Part shown: one piece after another, positions 49,718 to 58,850 of the stretch
How the letters are laid out: every line of letters begins with the position of its first letter
Position numbering within the stretch: the stretch's first letter is position 1
Origin: Bryobacteraceae bacterium
Lineage (GTDB): Bacteria; Acidobacteriota; Terriglobia; Bryobacterales; Bryobacteraceae
NCBI GenBank assembly: GCA_046331645.1
Contig: JAXLQM010000001.1
Coordinates: forward strand, 152,473 to 216,472
Length of the DNA stretch: 64,000 nucleotides
Direction: 5' to 3'
Position numbers and translations under genes: made by a program
The notes under the pieces: generated by a model
Databases searched by the model: none
Told to the model about the DNA's origin: nothing
The model's input: the letters and a program-made list of their open reading frames with translations, nothing else

Positions 49718-50524
49718 TTACTGCAGGCGCGCAAGGGCGCTCTTGAGCCGCATGGACACGGCCGGATTGAGTTCGGGCTGGTGCTCCAACTGCCGCAATG
49801 ACGCGGCAGCGGCACGGTCGTTCGCCTCGACGGCCCATTCGATGAGCGCAATCTGAAGCAGAGGCGAATCCTGGCGGATCAGCGCTTCCCGCAGGCCCTG
49901 GCGCACATTGCGGCGCGAGGACGATTGGCGAAGCGCATCGAAGGCCGCCAGCCTGACGTTGACATTGGGGTCGTGGTTGAGCGTGCTGAGCAGTGCCGAA
50001 AGGACTTCCTCGTCGGCGGGCTCCATGCGCACGCTGTAGCTGACGCCGCGCAGCCGGTCGCTGGCGGATTGCTGTTGCAAGAGAGACAAGGCGACAAGTT
50101 GGCGCATCTGTTGCATCTCCGAATTGAGGCCGGCGATCTGTTCCCGGTCATGGCCGCGCGCTGTATAGAGGTGCCCGGCGATGAGGCCGAAGACCAGCGC
50201 TGCCCCAGCCAGCGCGAATTGCACTAAAGGTTGTTGCGGCCACAAGCTCTTCAGCCAATCCCAGGCGGAAACCCTTGGTTTCGGGGCCGCGGCTGCGCCC
50301 AGGCGGTAGGCTTCCAGCATGCGGTGGAAATCGGCGCGCATGGTGCGGCCCGGCTCTTCGATGGGAAGATCGCCGAGGCCGCTCCACAGGGCTTGCAACG
50401 ATTCCGATTCCTCACGGCAGGAGGGGCAGGCGGCGATATGGCTGTCGAGTTCCATGCGTTGCGCTTCGTCGACGCCGGTCACCCAGCGATCCACCATTCG
50501 TTCTCTTGCCTGGTCGCAATTCAT
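49718..50524 (-). CDS. Anti-sigma factor (zinc-finger N-terminal domain, one TM, HEAT-like C-terminal repeats).
   Basis: MNCDQARERMVDRW…HIAACPSCREE (zf-HC2), TM LVQFALAGAALVFGLIAGHLY. The start ATG overlaps the sigma stop (ATGA). Confidence 0.65.
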   Translation of the reverse strand: MNCDQARERMVDRWVTGVDEAQRMELDSHIAACPSCREESESLQALWSGLGDLPIEEPGRTMRADFHRMLEAYRLGAAAAPKPRVSAWDWLKSLWPQQPLVQFALAGAALVFGLIAGHLYTARGHDREQIAGLNSEMQQMRQLVALSLLQQQSASDRLRGVSYSVRMEPADEEVLSALLSTLNHDPNVNVRLAAFDALRQSSSRRNVRQGLREALIRQDSPLLQIALIEWAVEANDRAAAASLRQLEHQPELNPAVSMRLKSALARLQ

Positions 50525-51090
50525 GATGCTTTCCTCCCACTCATCCGGAAGAAGATGTCGCTCAACTGGCGCATGGCGCGGAAGACGCGCGTCTTGACGG
50601 CGCCCGGTTCGCACTGCACGATGGCCGCGATTTCTTCGTAGCGAAGATTCTGCCAGCGGCTGAGCACCAGCAGTTCTCGGCGTTCGGCGGGCAGGCGCTG
50701 CAGGGCCTTGCGCAGAATGGCGAGATCGCTTGCCCGCAGCAGGTTCAGCTCCGCGGAGAGACTTGGCTCGTGCGGCTCATATTCCATTTCGCTGCGGTCG
50801 TCGTAAAGCGGCATCTCGGTCTGCCTGCGGCGGGTATGATCGACGTGGACGTTGCGGGCAATCTGATACATCCAGGGAGTAAAGCGGGCGTCTTTCTGAA
50901 ATGTTGTGCGGAATTTCAACATACGGAAAAACACCTCCTGGGTTAGATCTTCGGCAAGGCCGGCCGAGCCGCTCAAATGGAAGAAGAAGCGGAACAAGGG
51001 ACGATGATGGCGCTCAAACAGATGGGCGAGGGAATCGGTATCCCCTTCGCGCACGCGGTTCATCAATTCGTCGTCGTGTACGGCTGCCAC
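50521..51090 (-). CDS. RNA polymerase ECF sigma factor.
   Basis: Region 2 (DTDSLAHLFERHHRPLFRFFFHLSGSAGLAEDLTQEVFFRMLK) and region 4 (LRYEEIAAIVQCEPGAVKTRVFRAMRQL). Confidence 0.8.
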   Translation of the reverse strand: MAAVHDDELMNRVREGDTDSLAHLFERHHRPLFRFFFHLSGSAGLAEDLTQEVFFRMLKFRTTFQKDARFTPWMYQIARNVHVDHTRRRQTEMPLYDDRSEMEYEPHEPSLSAELNLLRASDLAILRKALQRLPAERRELLVLSRWQNLRYEEIAAIVQCEPGAVKTRVFRAMRQLSDIFFRMSGRKAS

Positions 51091-51174
51091 TCTTCGAAGT
51101 GCCTTCCCTCAAGAGTACTGCGCTGTTGGGGAAAGGTTACGGGAAAGTTTTCCCGCCACCCCTGCCGCTATCCT

Positions 51175-52764
51175 ATGGGGGTGGAATTCGACGGAATCAT
51201 CTTAGGCGCCGGCCACAACGGGCTGATCCTGCAGGCGTATGCCGGAATGGCGGGGCTGAAAGTGCTGTGCCTGGAGCGGAACGCGCGGGCCGGCGGCGGA
51301 TTGGTGACTGAGGAGAACCCGCGCCTGCCGGGATTCCTCCACAACACCCACTCCTTTTATCACCGCGCGTTGCGCCAGATGCCCTGGTATCGCGATTTGA
51401 ACCTGGAATCGCGCGGCGCCGTCTACATCGAGCCGGAATTGAATACGGCCATGATCCTCGAAGACGGGGAAACGCTGGAATGGTGGACCGATTTCGATAA
51501 GACCGTGGACTCCTTCGCCGCCTGGAGCGTAACCGACGCCCGGCAACTGCGCTCCTGGCGCGAGCGCTTCCTGCCGGTGGTGGAGCGGATCCTCATTCCG
51601 GAAAGCCAATCACCACCCTTGCCGCGCGAAGAGCGGCGTAGGAAGTTGGAGCAATCGGCGGAAGGGCGGTTGCTGTTAGAGGTGAGCGCGCTCTCCCCGC
51701 TCGAATTCGTGGAGCGGGAGTTCACGCATCCACTGATCCAGGCGGGGTTACTGTTCTTCAACGGCCTGCGTGAAGTGGACCTGCGCTGCCGCGGCTTCGG
51801 CCACCACATCGCCGCGCTGCTGGCGAGTCCCGGCAAGGCGCAGATGTGTCTGGGCGGATCCGAGCGGCTGGCTGAAGCGCTGCTGGCGGCGGTGAGCGCA
51901 TCGGGTGGAGTGGTGCGCGTGGGCTGCGAGCCACGCCGCATCCTGGTAGAGGGCGGCCGTGCGGTGGGCGTCGAGTGCGCTTCGGGCGAAATGTTCCGGG
52001 CCAAGCATTTCGTGGCCTCCAGCCTCAATCCGCAACAGACCTTCCTCGAATTGATGGACCCGCGCGATGTGCCCCTCGATTGGAGGGCGAAGGCCGAGGG
52101 CTTCCAATACAATCTGCTGGCGCCGCTGTTTGCCCTCAACGTCGCATTAAAGGAAGCGCCGCGCTACAAGGCCGCTGAGCGGCGTCCTTACCTGGACCGG
52201 GCTTTCATGGTGATTCTCGGACTGTCCCATTTCCGCCAGTTTGATGAGATCGTGCGGCATCATGAGCAGGGCACCATTCCACCCACCGTGATGTGGGGAA
52301 GCTGCCCGACGGTATTCGATCCCTCACAGGCGCCCGAAGCGAGGCACGCCGCCTTCTGGTGGGAAAAGCTGCCCTACGCCTTGGGCGGAGACGCCCGCCG
52401 TTGGGATACCGAAAAGGAAGTGCACGGCGAGCGGATGATGAACCTATGGAAGCAATATGCTCCGAATGTCGCAGACGCCGTGCTCGATGGGTGGACGCGC
52501 AGCGCACTCGATACCGAGCGCAGCTTCCCCAATATGAAGACCGGTGATCTGCTGGTGGGCGCCTTCACCAACGATCAATATGGATACCACCGGCCTTTTG
52601 CCGGCGCCGGGGAATACCGCGGGCATGTGCCCGGATTGTATCTCTGCGGGTCGGCCTCGCATCCGGGCGGGAACATCACCGGGCTGCCGGCTTACAACTG
52701 CGCTCAGGTGCTGCTGGCCGATCTGGGCGTAGGCTTCCGGTGGAAAAATATTTCGCGCGGATGA
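51175..52764 (+). CDS. NAD(P)/FAD-dependent oxidoreductase of the phytoene-desaturase (CrtI-like) family.
   Basis: Dinucleotide-binding motif FDGIILGAGHNGLILQAYAGMAGLKVLCLERNARAGG, amine-oxidase-like body, and a C-terminal GSASHPGGNITG motif. ATG 51175 is the first start not overlapping the divergent sigma gene. Confidence 0.75.
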   Translation: MGVEFDGIILGAGHNGLILQAYAGMAGLKVLCLERNARAGGGLVTEENPRLPGFLHNTHSFYHRALRQMPWYRDLNLESRGAVYIEPELNTAMILEDGETLEWWTDFDKTVDSFAAWSVTDARQLRSWRERFLPVVERILIPESQSPPLPREERRRKLEQSAEGRLLLEVSALSPLEFVEREFTHPLIQAGLLFFNGLREVDLRCRGFGHHIAALLASPGKAQMCLGGSERLAEALLAAVSASGGVVRVGCEPRRILVEGGRAVGVECASGEMFRAKHFVASSLNPQQTFLELMDPRDVPLDWRAKAEGFQYNLLAPLFALNVALKEAPRYKAAERRPYLDRAFMVILGLSHFRQFDEIVRHHEQGTIPPTVMWGSCPTVFDPSQAPEARHAAFWWEKLPYALGGDARRWDTEKEVHGERMMNLWKQYAPNVADAVLDGWTRSALDTERSFPNMKTGDLLVGAFTNDQYGYHRPFAGAGEYRGHVPGLYLCGSASHPGGNITGLPAYNCAQVLLADLGVGFRWKNISRG

Positions 52765-52908
52765 TCCTTTTCGCGCGGCATGTGCGCCTGATTGTATGAG
52801 TAGAGGAAAACAACAATATGAAAACAAAGACTCGACTCACAATTCTGCTGTGTGCCGCGGGAGGACTACTGGCGGCGCTGGATGCGGCGCGATTTGTGAA
52901 ACAGGCGG

Positions 52909-53508
52909 TTAGTCCTGCGGCGGTCTGCGCGGGGGCTCCGGAAGGCCCAGCCTGTGGCGTATCTCGATCTGAATCTCATCGATCGACCGGGTTGCCTCAA
53001 GGCTGAGCAGTACCCCCTTGCTCCGATACAGTTCGAGCAGCGGTTTGGTTTTTTCGTGATACTCCTTGAGGCGCACTTTTAGCGCCTCAGGATTATCGTC
53101 GGCGCGCTTGGTGAAGCCGCTGCCTTCCCCCACCCGGGCCCGCTCCATGACGCGGTCAAAGACGACGTCATCGGGAATATCAAGGTAGAGCACCTTGTCC
53201 ATGTTCCAGTTCTCAAAGAGGAACTCGGCTTGGGGCAGCGTGCGCGGGAACCCGTCGAGGACGAACCCGTAGTTCCAATCATGCTCTTCCAGGCGGCGGC
53301 GGACCACCTCTTCCACAATCTCATCGGGCACTAACAGCCCGGCGGCGGTGATGCGGCGAATGCGCGCCGCAAGCTTGGTGTGGTGAGCCACATGCCAGCG
53401 GAAAATATCGCCCACGGAGATGTGAACGAGATCATACGCTTCGCAAAGCAGTTTGCTTTGCGTGCCTTTGCCCGAACCTTGCGGGCCAAAGACGATGTAA
53501 TGATGCAT
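52909..53508 (-). CDS. adk: Adenylate kinase (short form).
   Basis: P-loop GPQGSGKGTQ, VLDGFPRT, LID and CORE motifs. Confidence 0.9.
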   Translation of the reverse strand: MHHYIVFGPQGSGKGTQSKLLCEAYDLVHISVGDIFRWHVAHHTKLAARIRRITAAGLLVPDEIVEEVVRRRLEEHDWNYGFVLDGFPRTLPQAEFLFENWNMDKVLYLDIPDDVVFDRVMERARVGEGSGFTKRADDNPEALKVRLKEYHEKTKPLLELYRSKGVLLSLEATRSIDEIQIEIRHRLGLPEPPRRPPQD

Positions 53509-53588
53509 AGCCTTATATGGTATGACTTTCGCGGGGTTGCTTTCACGTGGGCTATCGACGCAGGCGGGTTTAAAGCTTTTCCCCTAGC

Positions 53589-55133
53589 TTGTCGATCAAA
53601 GAGGGGATGCAACCGGCCGCCACCACACTCCATCCGCCCTTCAGCGTCGTACCGCGCGCGCGCTTCTGGACGCCGTCGCTAACGGATTTCTTTTTCTTCG
53701 CAACCATCTTCTGGCTGTTTCTGGCTGAGCCCGGCGGCTGGGAGCGCCTGTTGTGGGATGGCGACACGGCGCTGCACACGCGAACCGGAGATTGGATTCT
53801 CGATCATGGTGCGGTGCCGGTGGTGGATCCGTTTTCCTACACGCAGCCGGGAGAGCGCTGGTTCGCCTTTCAATGGCTCACGGGCGTGCTGTTTGCCTGG
53901 CTCAACCGGATGGCTGGATTGAAGGGAATTGTACTGGTTTGTGGCGCGGCGATCGCGCTCACTATGACGATTCTGGTGCGCGACATGGTGCGCCGCGGGG
54001 CCAGCGGCCTCATCGCGATCGTGCTGGCGCTGGTGGCCACCAATGCCATGTCCATCCATTTCCATGCCCGGCCTCATCTCTTCACGCTGCTGTTTCTGGC
54101 CATCGGCCATTATCTGATTGCGCGGGATCTGGAGCGGCCTTCCTGGCAGGTCTGGCTGATTGTGCCGCTGGTGCTGTGCTGGGTGAACATGCACTCCGGG
54201 TTTCCGGTGATGATCGCTACGCTCGGATTGTTGACCGCCGGGCGGGGGCTGAGCGCGTTATGCGGCGAGGCGCGATGGAAAGATGTGATCCGCTATGGGA
54301 TTCTGACCGCCTTAACAGCGCTGGCCACCCTGGGGAACCCCAACGGAATCGCCCTCCACCAGCACATCTCTAAATTCCTCAGCAATTCCTGGATCCTGCA
54401 GTACGTCGATGAGTACAAATCGCCGGTCTTCCGCAGCGAGCCCATGTATTACTTCATGGCGATCCTCTTCCTCGGATTGATGGCGGCGCGAACGCAAATT
54501 GAGAAGCGCAACTGGCACACCGTGCTGTGGCTGCTATTCTTCGGGGCCGGATCGCTGGTTTCGGCCCGTCACGTTCCCATCTTCATGGTAGTGGCGCTTC
54601 CCGCGGTGGCTCTGGAACTGACCGGGTTGCTACGCCAATGGGCGGAACAGGCGGGACGGAAGTCGACTGCCGAAGTGCTGGTTGAGATTGGAGAAAAGAC
54701 CACTCAGAAGCTGCAGCCGGTCAGCGCCTGGTCACCGGCGTTGCTCTGCCTCGCCGCTGTGTTCTCCACTACCTGGCCGTCTGACCTTTCGGCGAAATAC
54801 TTCCCCACGACCCTGGTGCGCAAGAACGCTGGGTTGCTGGCCGACTCCCGCGTGTTCACCACGGACCAGTGGGGGGACTATCTGCTTTGGGTCAACTATC
54901 CGCGGCAAAAGGTGTTCATGGACGGACGCAGTGACTTCTTCCAGCAGAAAACGGGCGGGGAGTACCTGAAGATCAGCAACGGGCAGGATGGGTGGCGGGA
55001 ATCTCTCGAGCGTTTTGGTGTGAACGCGGTGCTGGCTCCTCCCGACTTACCGGTGGCGCGCAATCTGGCCAAGGATCCGGCTTGGCGTGAAGTAGACCAC
55101 AGCAAAATGGCTGTGTTACTGGTTCGGCGCTAA
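53589..55133 (+). CDS. Polytopic membrane protein with a C-terminal soluble domain (GT-C-fold glycosyltransferase-like, function unknown).
   Basis: About 11 predicted TM helices followed by a ~150-aa hydrophilic C-terminal domain. The architecture resembles ArnT/PMT-like GT-C enzymes. No firm family assignment. Confidence 0.45.
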   Translation: MSIKEGMQPAATTLHPPFSVVPRARFWTPSLTDFFFFATIFWLFLAEPGGWERLLWDGDTALHTRTGDWILDHGAVPVVDPFSYTQPGERWFAFQWLTGVLFAWLNRMAGLKGIVLVCGAAIALTMTILVRDMVRRGASGLIAIVLALVATNAMSIHFHARPHLFTLLFLAIGHYLIARDLERPSWQVWLIVPLVLCWVNMHSGFPVMIATLGLLTAGRGLSALCGEARWKDVIRYGILTALTALATLGNPNGIALHQHISKFLSNSWILQYVDEYKSPVFRSEPMYYFMAILFLGLMAARTQIEKRNWHTVLWLLFFGAGSLVSARHVPIFMVVALPAVALELTGLLRQWAEQAGRKSTAEVLVEIGEKTTQKLQPVSAWSPALLCLAAVFSTTWPSDLSAKYFPTTLVRKNAGLLADSRVFTTDQWGDYLLWVNYPRQKVFMDGRSDFFQQKTGGEYLKISNGQDGWRESLERFGVNAVLAPPDLPVARNLAKDPAWREVDHSKMAVLLVRR

Positions 55134-55171
55134 GAATCTGACGTAGGTGACGAAATATTGCCAGCCGGAAA

Positions 55172-55320
55172 CTCCACCACAGGGTGGAAGTTTGGGCTCA
55201 AGGAACTGGTTGGGCGGGGTTGCGTGGAGGGTGTAAAGGCTGGTCTCGCTGGGGTTGGACTTACAGCAGTGGGATACTGGGAGAGGGGCAACCTTTGTTC
55301 CTTGAGCCTTTCCCTTTTTT
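55172..55320 (+). ncRNA. Candidate structured RNA or complex terminator in an AT-richer intergenic region: a perfect 12-bp long-range helix (13 bp counting a G·U) closed by a U6 tract.
   Basis: GGGCUCAAGGAAC (55194-55206) pairs with GUUCCUUGAGCCU (55297-55309), followed by UUCCCUUUUUU. An upstream hairpin UCCACC-acag-GGUGGA (55172-55189). The enclosed ~90 nt are G-tract rich (GGG-N-GGG-N-GGGG). Confidence 0.3.
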
Positions 55321-55398
55321 CATACGCTTTCTTATTAGCAAGCGGCATGCCAAACTCTAAGTAGTTGATTCGTAGTGCTTTTGTGTAGGACGGTACCA

Positions 55399-56055
55399 CT
55401 ATGAAATGTGGTAATTTCTTCCTGGCATTTCCTTCTGACCCGATTTGAAACAGAGCCACTCCGCCACCGGGCGAGAGGCGAACAACTCGGCCAACTCGGG
55501 ATCAAACTGCGTGCCGGCGCCGAGGTGGATCTGCTGCGCCGCCTCTTCCAGGGAAAAAGGTCTGCGGTAGGGGCGGGCGGATGTCATCGCATCGAACGAA
55601 TCGGCAATGGCGAAAAGCCGGGCCAGGTAGGGGATTTGCTTCCCTTGCAGCCCGCCGGGATAGCCCCGCCCGTCAAACCGTTCATGATGATGCTCCACTA
55701 CGTCCATGGCCAAGCGGGGGAGGTGGTAGCTGGCCAGCAGCCGGCAACCGGACATGGGATGCCTCTGCATGATCTGCCAGTCGGCCGGACCCAGTTCGCT
55801 GTCCTTGAGCAGCAGCCAATTCGGCAGCACCAACTTGCCAATATCGTGCAGCAATCCGCCGAGCCGCAGGGCCACCCAATGCTCGTCGGTCAGCCCCACC
55901 GCGAGAGCCATTTGTTCGGCAAGCAGGAATGCTCGAATCGAATGCGGGATGGTGAGGGACTCTTTGTGATTCACGGCCGCGGCCAGCGCCAATAGTCCCC
56001 CTGCGCCTTCGCCCGGATGATTGTTCAGTAATTCAAGAAACTGGCTTAATGGCAC
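55399..56055 (-). CDS. HD-GYP domain c-di-GMP phosphodiesterase (stand-alone).
   Basis: LLHDIGKLVLPN and HHERFDGRGYPGG motifs. Confidence 0.85.
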   Translation of the reverse strand: MPLSQFLELLNNHPGEGAGGLLALAAAVNHKESLTIPHSIRAFLLAEQMALAVGLTDEHWVALRLGGLLHDIGKLVLPNWLLLKDSELGPADWQIMQRHPMSGCRLLASYHLPRLAMDVVEHHHERFDGRGYPGGLQGKQIPYLARLFAIADSFDAMTSARPYRRPFSLEEAAQQIHLGAGTQFDPELAELFASRPVAEWLCFKSGQKEMPGRNYHIS

Positions 56056-56618
56056 TGCGGCTTCGCGCCTTCACCGGCAAGGCCACGGATGCGCGCCAAC
56101 GCCCGGCATTTGCGCAGGCGAAACTGTGTGGGGGAAAGATTGAGGTCCGCCGCAATCGTCTGCCAGGGCTTCTCGCCATAGTAGAACTGTTGAATGATAA
56201 TCTGATCGATCTTCGGAAGCGTGGCCAACAGCACTTCCAGCCGCCGCCGCATCTCCAACATGAACAGTAGTTTCTCCGGATCTGGTGTGTGTTCGCGCAA
56301 TGGATCGGTATCTTCCAGGGATTGTGCAGGGTGCCGCAAATGGCGCCGCAGCGACTCACTGATCTGCTTTTGAGCAGTGGCCACAATGTAACCGCGCAAG
56401 CGGTCCGGATGCCGCACCGACCCACCGTGGATGGCGCGATGCACCGCCACATAGATGTCGTGGACAATATCGTCCGGATCGGCGCCCCAACTTAACGCCT
56501 TGCGGGTGAAGTTGCGAACCAGATGCACCACCAAAGCATACAACTGCTCCGTTGCTCCGACGCCACCGCGAAGAAGGTCCGCATGGAGAGCGACTGCGGC
56601 CTGGGAGTCGGTGTCCAT
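56046..56618 (-). CDS. ECF-type sigma-70 family factor (co-transcribed with the HD-GYP gene).
   Basis: Region 2 (LYALVVHLVRNFTRKALSWGADPDDIVHDIYVAVHRAI) and region 4 (QTIAADLNLSPTQFRLRKCRALARIR). A 10-nt overlap with the downstream HD-GYP gene. Confidence 0.75.
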   Translation of the reverse strand: MDTDSQAAVALHADLLRGGVGATEQLYALVVHLVRNFTRKALSWGADPDDIVHDIYVAVHRAIHGGSVRHPDRLRGYIVATAQKQISESLRRHLRHPAQSLEDTDPLREHTPDPEKLLFMLEMRRRLEVLLATLPKIDQIIIQQFYYGEKPWQTIAADLNLSPTQFRLRKCRALARIRGLAGEGAKPQCH

Positions 56619-56874
56619 GAAAGAGTGTATGGAAGTGCTCGGCATTTGCGCTAAACTCAGTTCTAGTACCTCTAACAGTATTGAACTTACCCCTCCTTTG
56701 GGGATATCAGCGGCTATGCGCATGTAGAGCCAGACGAATCGGAGATTGGAGAGTAGGATTTGTAGGTTCGGCGTTGTCAGACAAAACCTGATGAAAGCGT
56801 GTTCTTATTCCAGGTTTCGGTGTATAACTGTCTAGATCCCGTCGTGGCCTGCTCGAGATTGGAAAGGTGACCTG

Positions 56875-58209
56875 TTGGGCGAAGTCGAAAAGACGAAGAC
56901 TTCGGTATCTGTGTGGGAGTGGATGCCGCTCGTGCTAGCGGTGTTGCTGTTTCTGCTCCACACCAGCCTGCAGCGAGGGAACCTGCAACTGGCCCAGACC
57001 GCCGAGACCGAAATGGCGCGCCATGAAGAGATGGATCATCTCGCCGGGCAACTCGTGCAGTTGCTTACGGATGCGGAGAGCGGGCAACGCGGTTATTTGT
57101 TGACCGGGCGGACAGTCTATCTGGAACCCTACCACAAGGCGCGCGAGCGAATTCCCGAAAATCTGCGCACGTTTTTGCAATTGATGAGAGAGAAACCGTC
57201 TGGCACGATCACGCCGGAGCAGGTCAATGAGGTAATCGGTGCGAAGTTAGAGATTCTGGATCGTGTGCGAACCGTCTATCGGCGCGAGGGACTGAGTGCG
57301 GGCATCGCGCTTGTGAACTCCGACTTGGGCAAGCAGCGGATGGACGAGGTGAGGCGCATCCTCGCGACGGTGCAAGAGGAGGCGCGAGCGGGTTGGACCA
57401 GCCGCATGGCGATGCTGGAGGGTTCTTTGAGCCAGGCCCTCTGGATGATCTACCTGTTGGGGAGCTGCGTTTGTCTGCTGCTCGGAATTGGAACCTGGCG
57501 TCTGGTGCGCAGTTTTGGCCACGCCGACCACCTGCTACGGAGCTTGGACGAACAGCGGGATCAATACCACCGCCTGGCACTGACGCTGCAGCGCGGGCAT
57601 GAGGAAGAGCGGGCGGCGATGTCGCGCAAGGTGCACGACGAAGTGGGGCAGAATCTCACTGCCGCGAAAATGGATATTTCCATTGGTCTCCGCAAGATCG
57701 CCGAACCGGAGAAAGCTCGTGTCACGCTAGAGCGTGCGATCGGGACTTTGGAAGAGACCCTGCAGACGGCGCGAGCGATTGCCACTGAACTTCGTCCACC
57801 GATTCTCGATCAATTGGGCCTCATTGCCGCAGTAGAGTGGCAATTCCAGGAATTTCAGTCCCGATTCGGTGGGAAAGCCAGTTGGTCCGCCGAGATTGAG
57901 GAAGGTGATGTCTCCGAAATCGCGAAGCTCGCCTTGTTTCGCGTCCTGCAAGAGGCATTAACCAATGTCGCCCGTCATGCGGAGGCAAAACACGTCGTGA
58001 TCCGGCTTTCCCGTACTGGCACGAAAGTGGCAATGAGCGTTTCCGACGATGGCGTCGGGATGGAATGGCCAGGGGGCGCCGTGAAAAGCCTCGGCTTGCT
58101 CGGAATGCGCGAGCGCATGAGGGCCGTGGGTGGCGATTTAGAGATTCAAAGTGAAATTGGTAAGGGCGCAAGGGTAACGGCGAGTGTGCCTGCCGCCGTC
58201 GAGACATAG
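56875..58209 (+). CDS. Sensor histidine kinase with an extracytoplasmic CHASE3-like domain, HisKA_3 and HATPase (NarL-partner type).
   Basis: TM, CHASE3-like region (GYLLTGRTVYLEPYHKA…), second TM, H-box MSRKVHDEVGQNLTAAKMDI, and ATPase motifs LQEALTNVARHA…DDGVGM…GLLGMRERM. Confidence 0.8.
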   Translation: MGEVEKTKTSVSVWEWMPLVLAVLLFLLHTSLQRGNLQLAQTAETEMARHEEMDHLAGQLVQLLTDAESGQRGYLLTGRTVYLEPYHKARERIPENLRTFLQLMREKPSGTITPEQVNEVIGAKLEILDRVRTVYRREGLSAGIALVNSDLGKQRMDEVRRILATVQEEARAGWTSRMAMLEGSLSQALWMIYLLGSCVCLLLGIGTWRLVRSFGHADHLLRSLDEQRDQYHRLALTLQRGHEEERAAMSRKVHDEVGQNLTAAKMDISIGLRKIAEPEKARVTLERAIGTLEETLQTARAIATELRPPILDQLGLIAAVEWQFQEFQSRFGGKASWSAEIEEGDVSEIAKLALFRVLQEALTNVARHAEAKHVVIRLSRTGTKVAMSVSDDGVGMEWPGGAVKSLGLLGMRERMRAVGGDLEIQSEIGKGARVTASVPAAVET

Positions 58210-58210
58210 A

Positions 58211-58843
58211 ATGGCAAAACGTTTCCTTATCGCCGACGATCATGTCGCCATCCGCCGCGGGGTGGAGACGCTGTTGCGCGATGAGTTTCCCAATTGTGAG
58301 GTGGCTCACGCCGGCACACAGCCCGAACTGAACAGCCGGATCGCCTCCCAACGCTGGGATTTGGTGGTGCTGGACTTGAGCATGCCCGGGCGCGGCGGCT
58401 TGGAGTGCATTGGCGAGATCAAAGATGCAAGCCCCACTACAGCCGTACTGGTGTATACCGCACACCCGGAAGAGCAATTCGGGGTGCGGGCTCTGCGCTC
58501 CGGCGCCGACGCCTACGTCACGAAGGGTGCTCCCGAAACAGTATTCCTCCAGGCCGTGCATCGCGTCCTGGATGGCAAACGCTACATCACGGAAGTCATT
58601 GCCGAACGCATGGCGGAATACCTCACGCAGCCGTCATCTGCCTCTCCCCATGAGCTGCTCTCCGACCGTGAGTACCAGATTTTGCGCCTGATCGGGTCGG
58701 GGCTGTCGGTGTCGGAGATTTCCACCGAGTTGAACCTCAGTGTGAAGACCGTGTCCACTTATCGCAAGCGCGTGCTGGAGAAGCTGAACCTGCACTCCAC
58801 GGCGGAAATGATCCGCTATGCGCTGGAGAACAATATCCACTAA
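58211..58843 (+). CDS. NarL/LuxR-family response regulator.
   Basis: REC (MAKRFLIADDHVAIRRG…DLVVLDLSMPG) and LuxR HTH (LSDREYQILRLIGSGLSVSEISTELNLSVKTVSTYRKRVLEKL). Confidence 0.85.
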   Translation: MAKRFLIADDHVAIRRGVETLLRDEFPNCEVAHAGTQPELNSRIASQRWDLVVLDLSMPGRGGLECIGEIKDASPTTAVLVYTAHPEEQFGVRALRSGADAYVTKGAPETVFLQAVHRVLDGKRYITEVIAERMAEYLTQPSSASPHELLSDREYQILRLIGSGLSVSEISTELNLSVKTVSTYRKRVLEKLNLHSTAEMIRYALENNIH

Positions 58844-58850
58844 CGGGCGA

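Noticed and set aside
50977-51174. N-terminal extension of the CrtI-like ORF.
   Set aside because: It overlaps the sigma gene on the other strand. The FAD-binding GxGxxG motif starts right after ATG 51175.
55130-55459. 109-aa minus-strand ORF in the AT-rich intergenic region.
   Set aside because: It has low GC3 and no RBS or homology. It overlaps the structured-RNA candidate, and part of it overlaps the HD-GYP gene.
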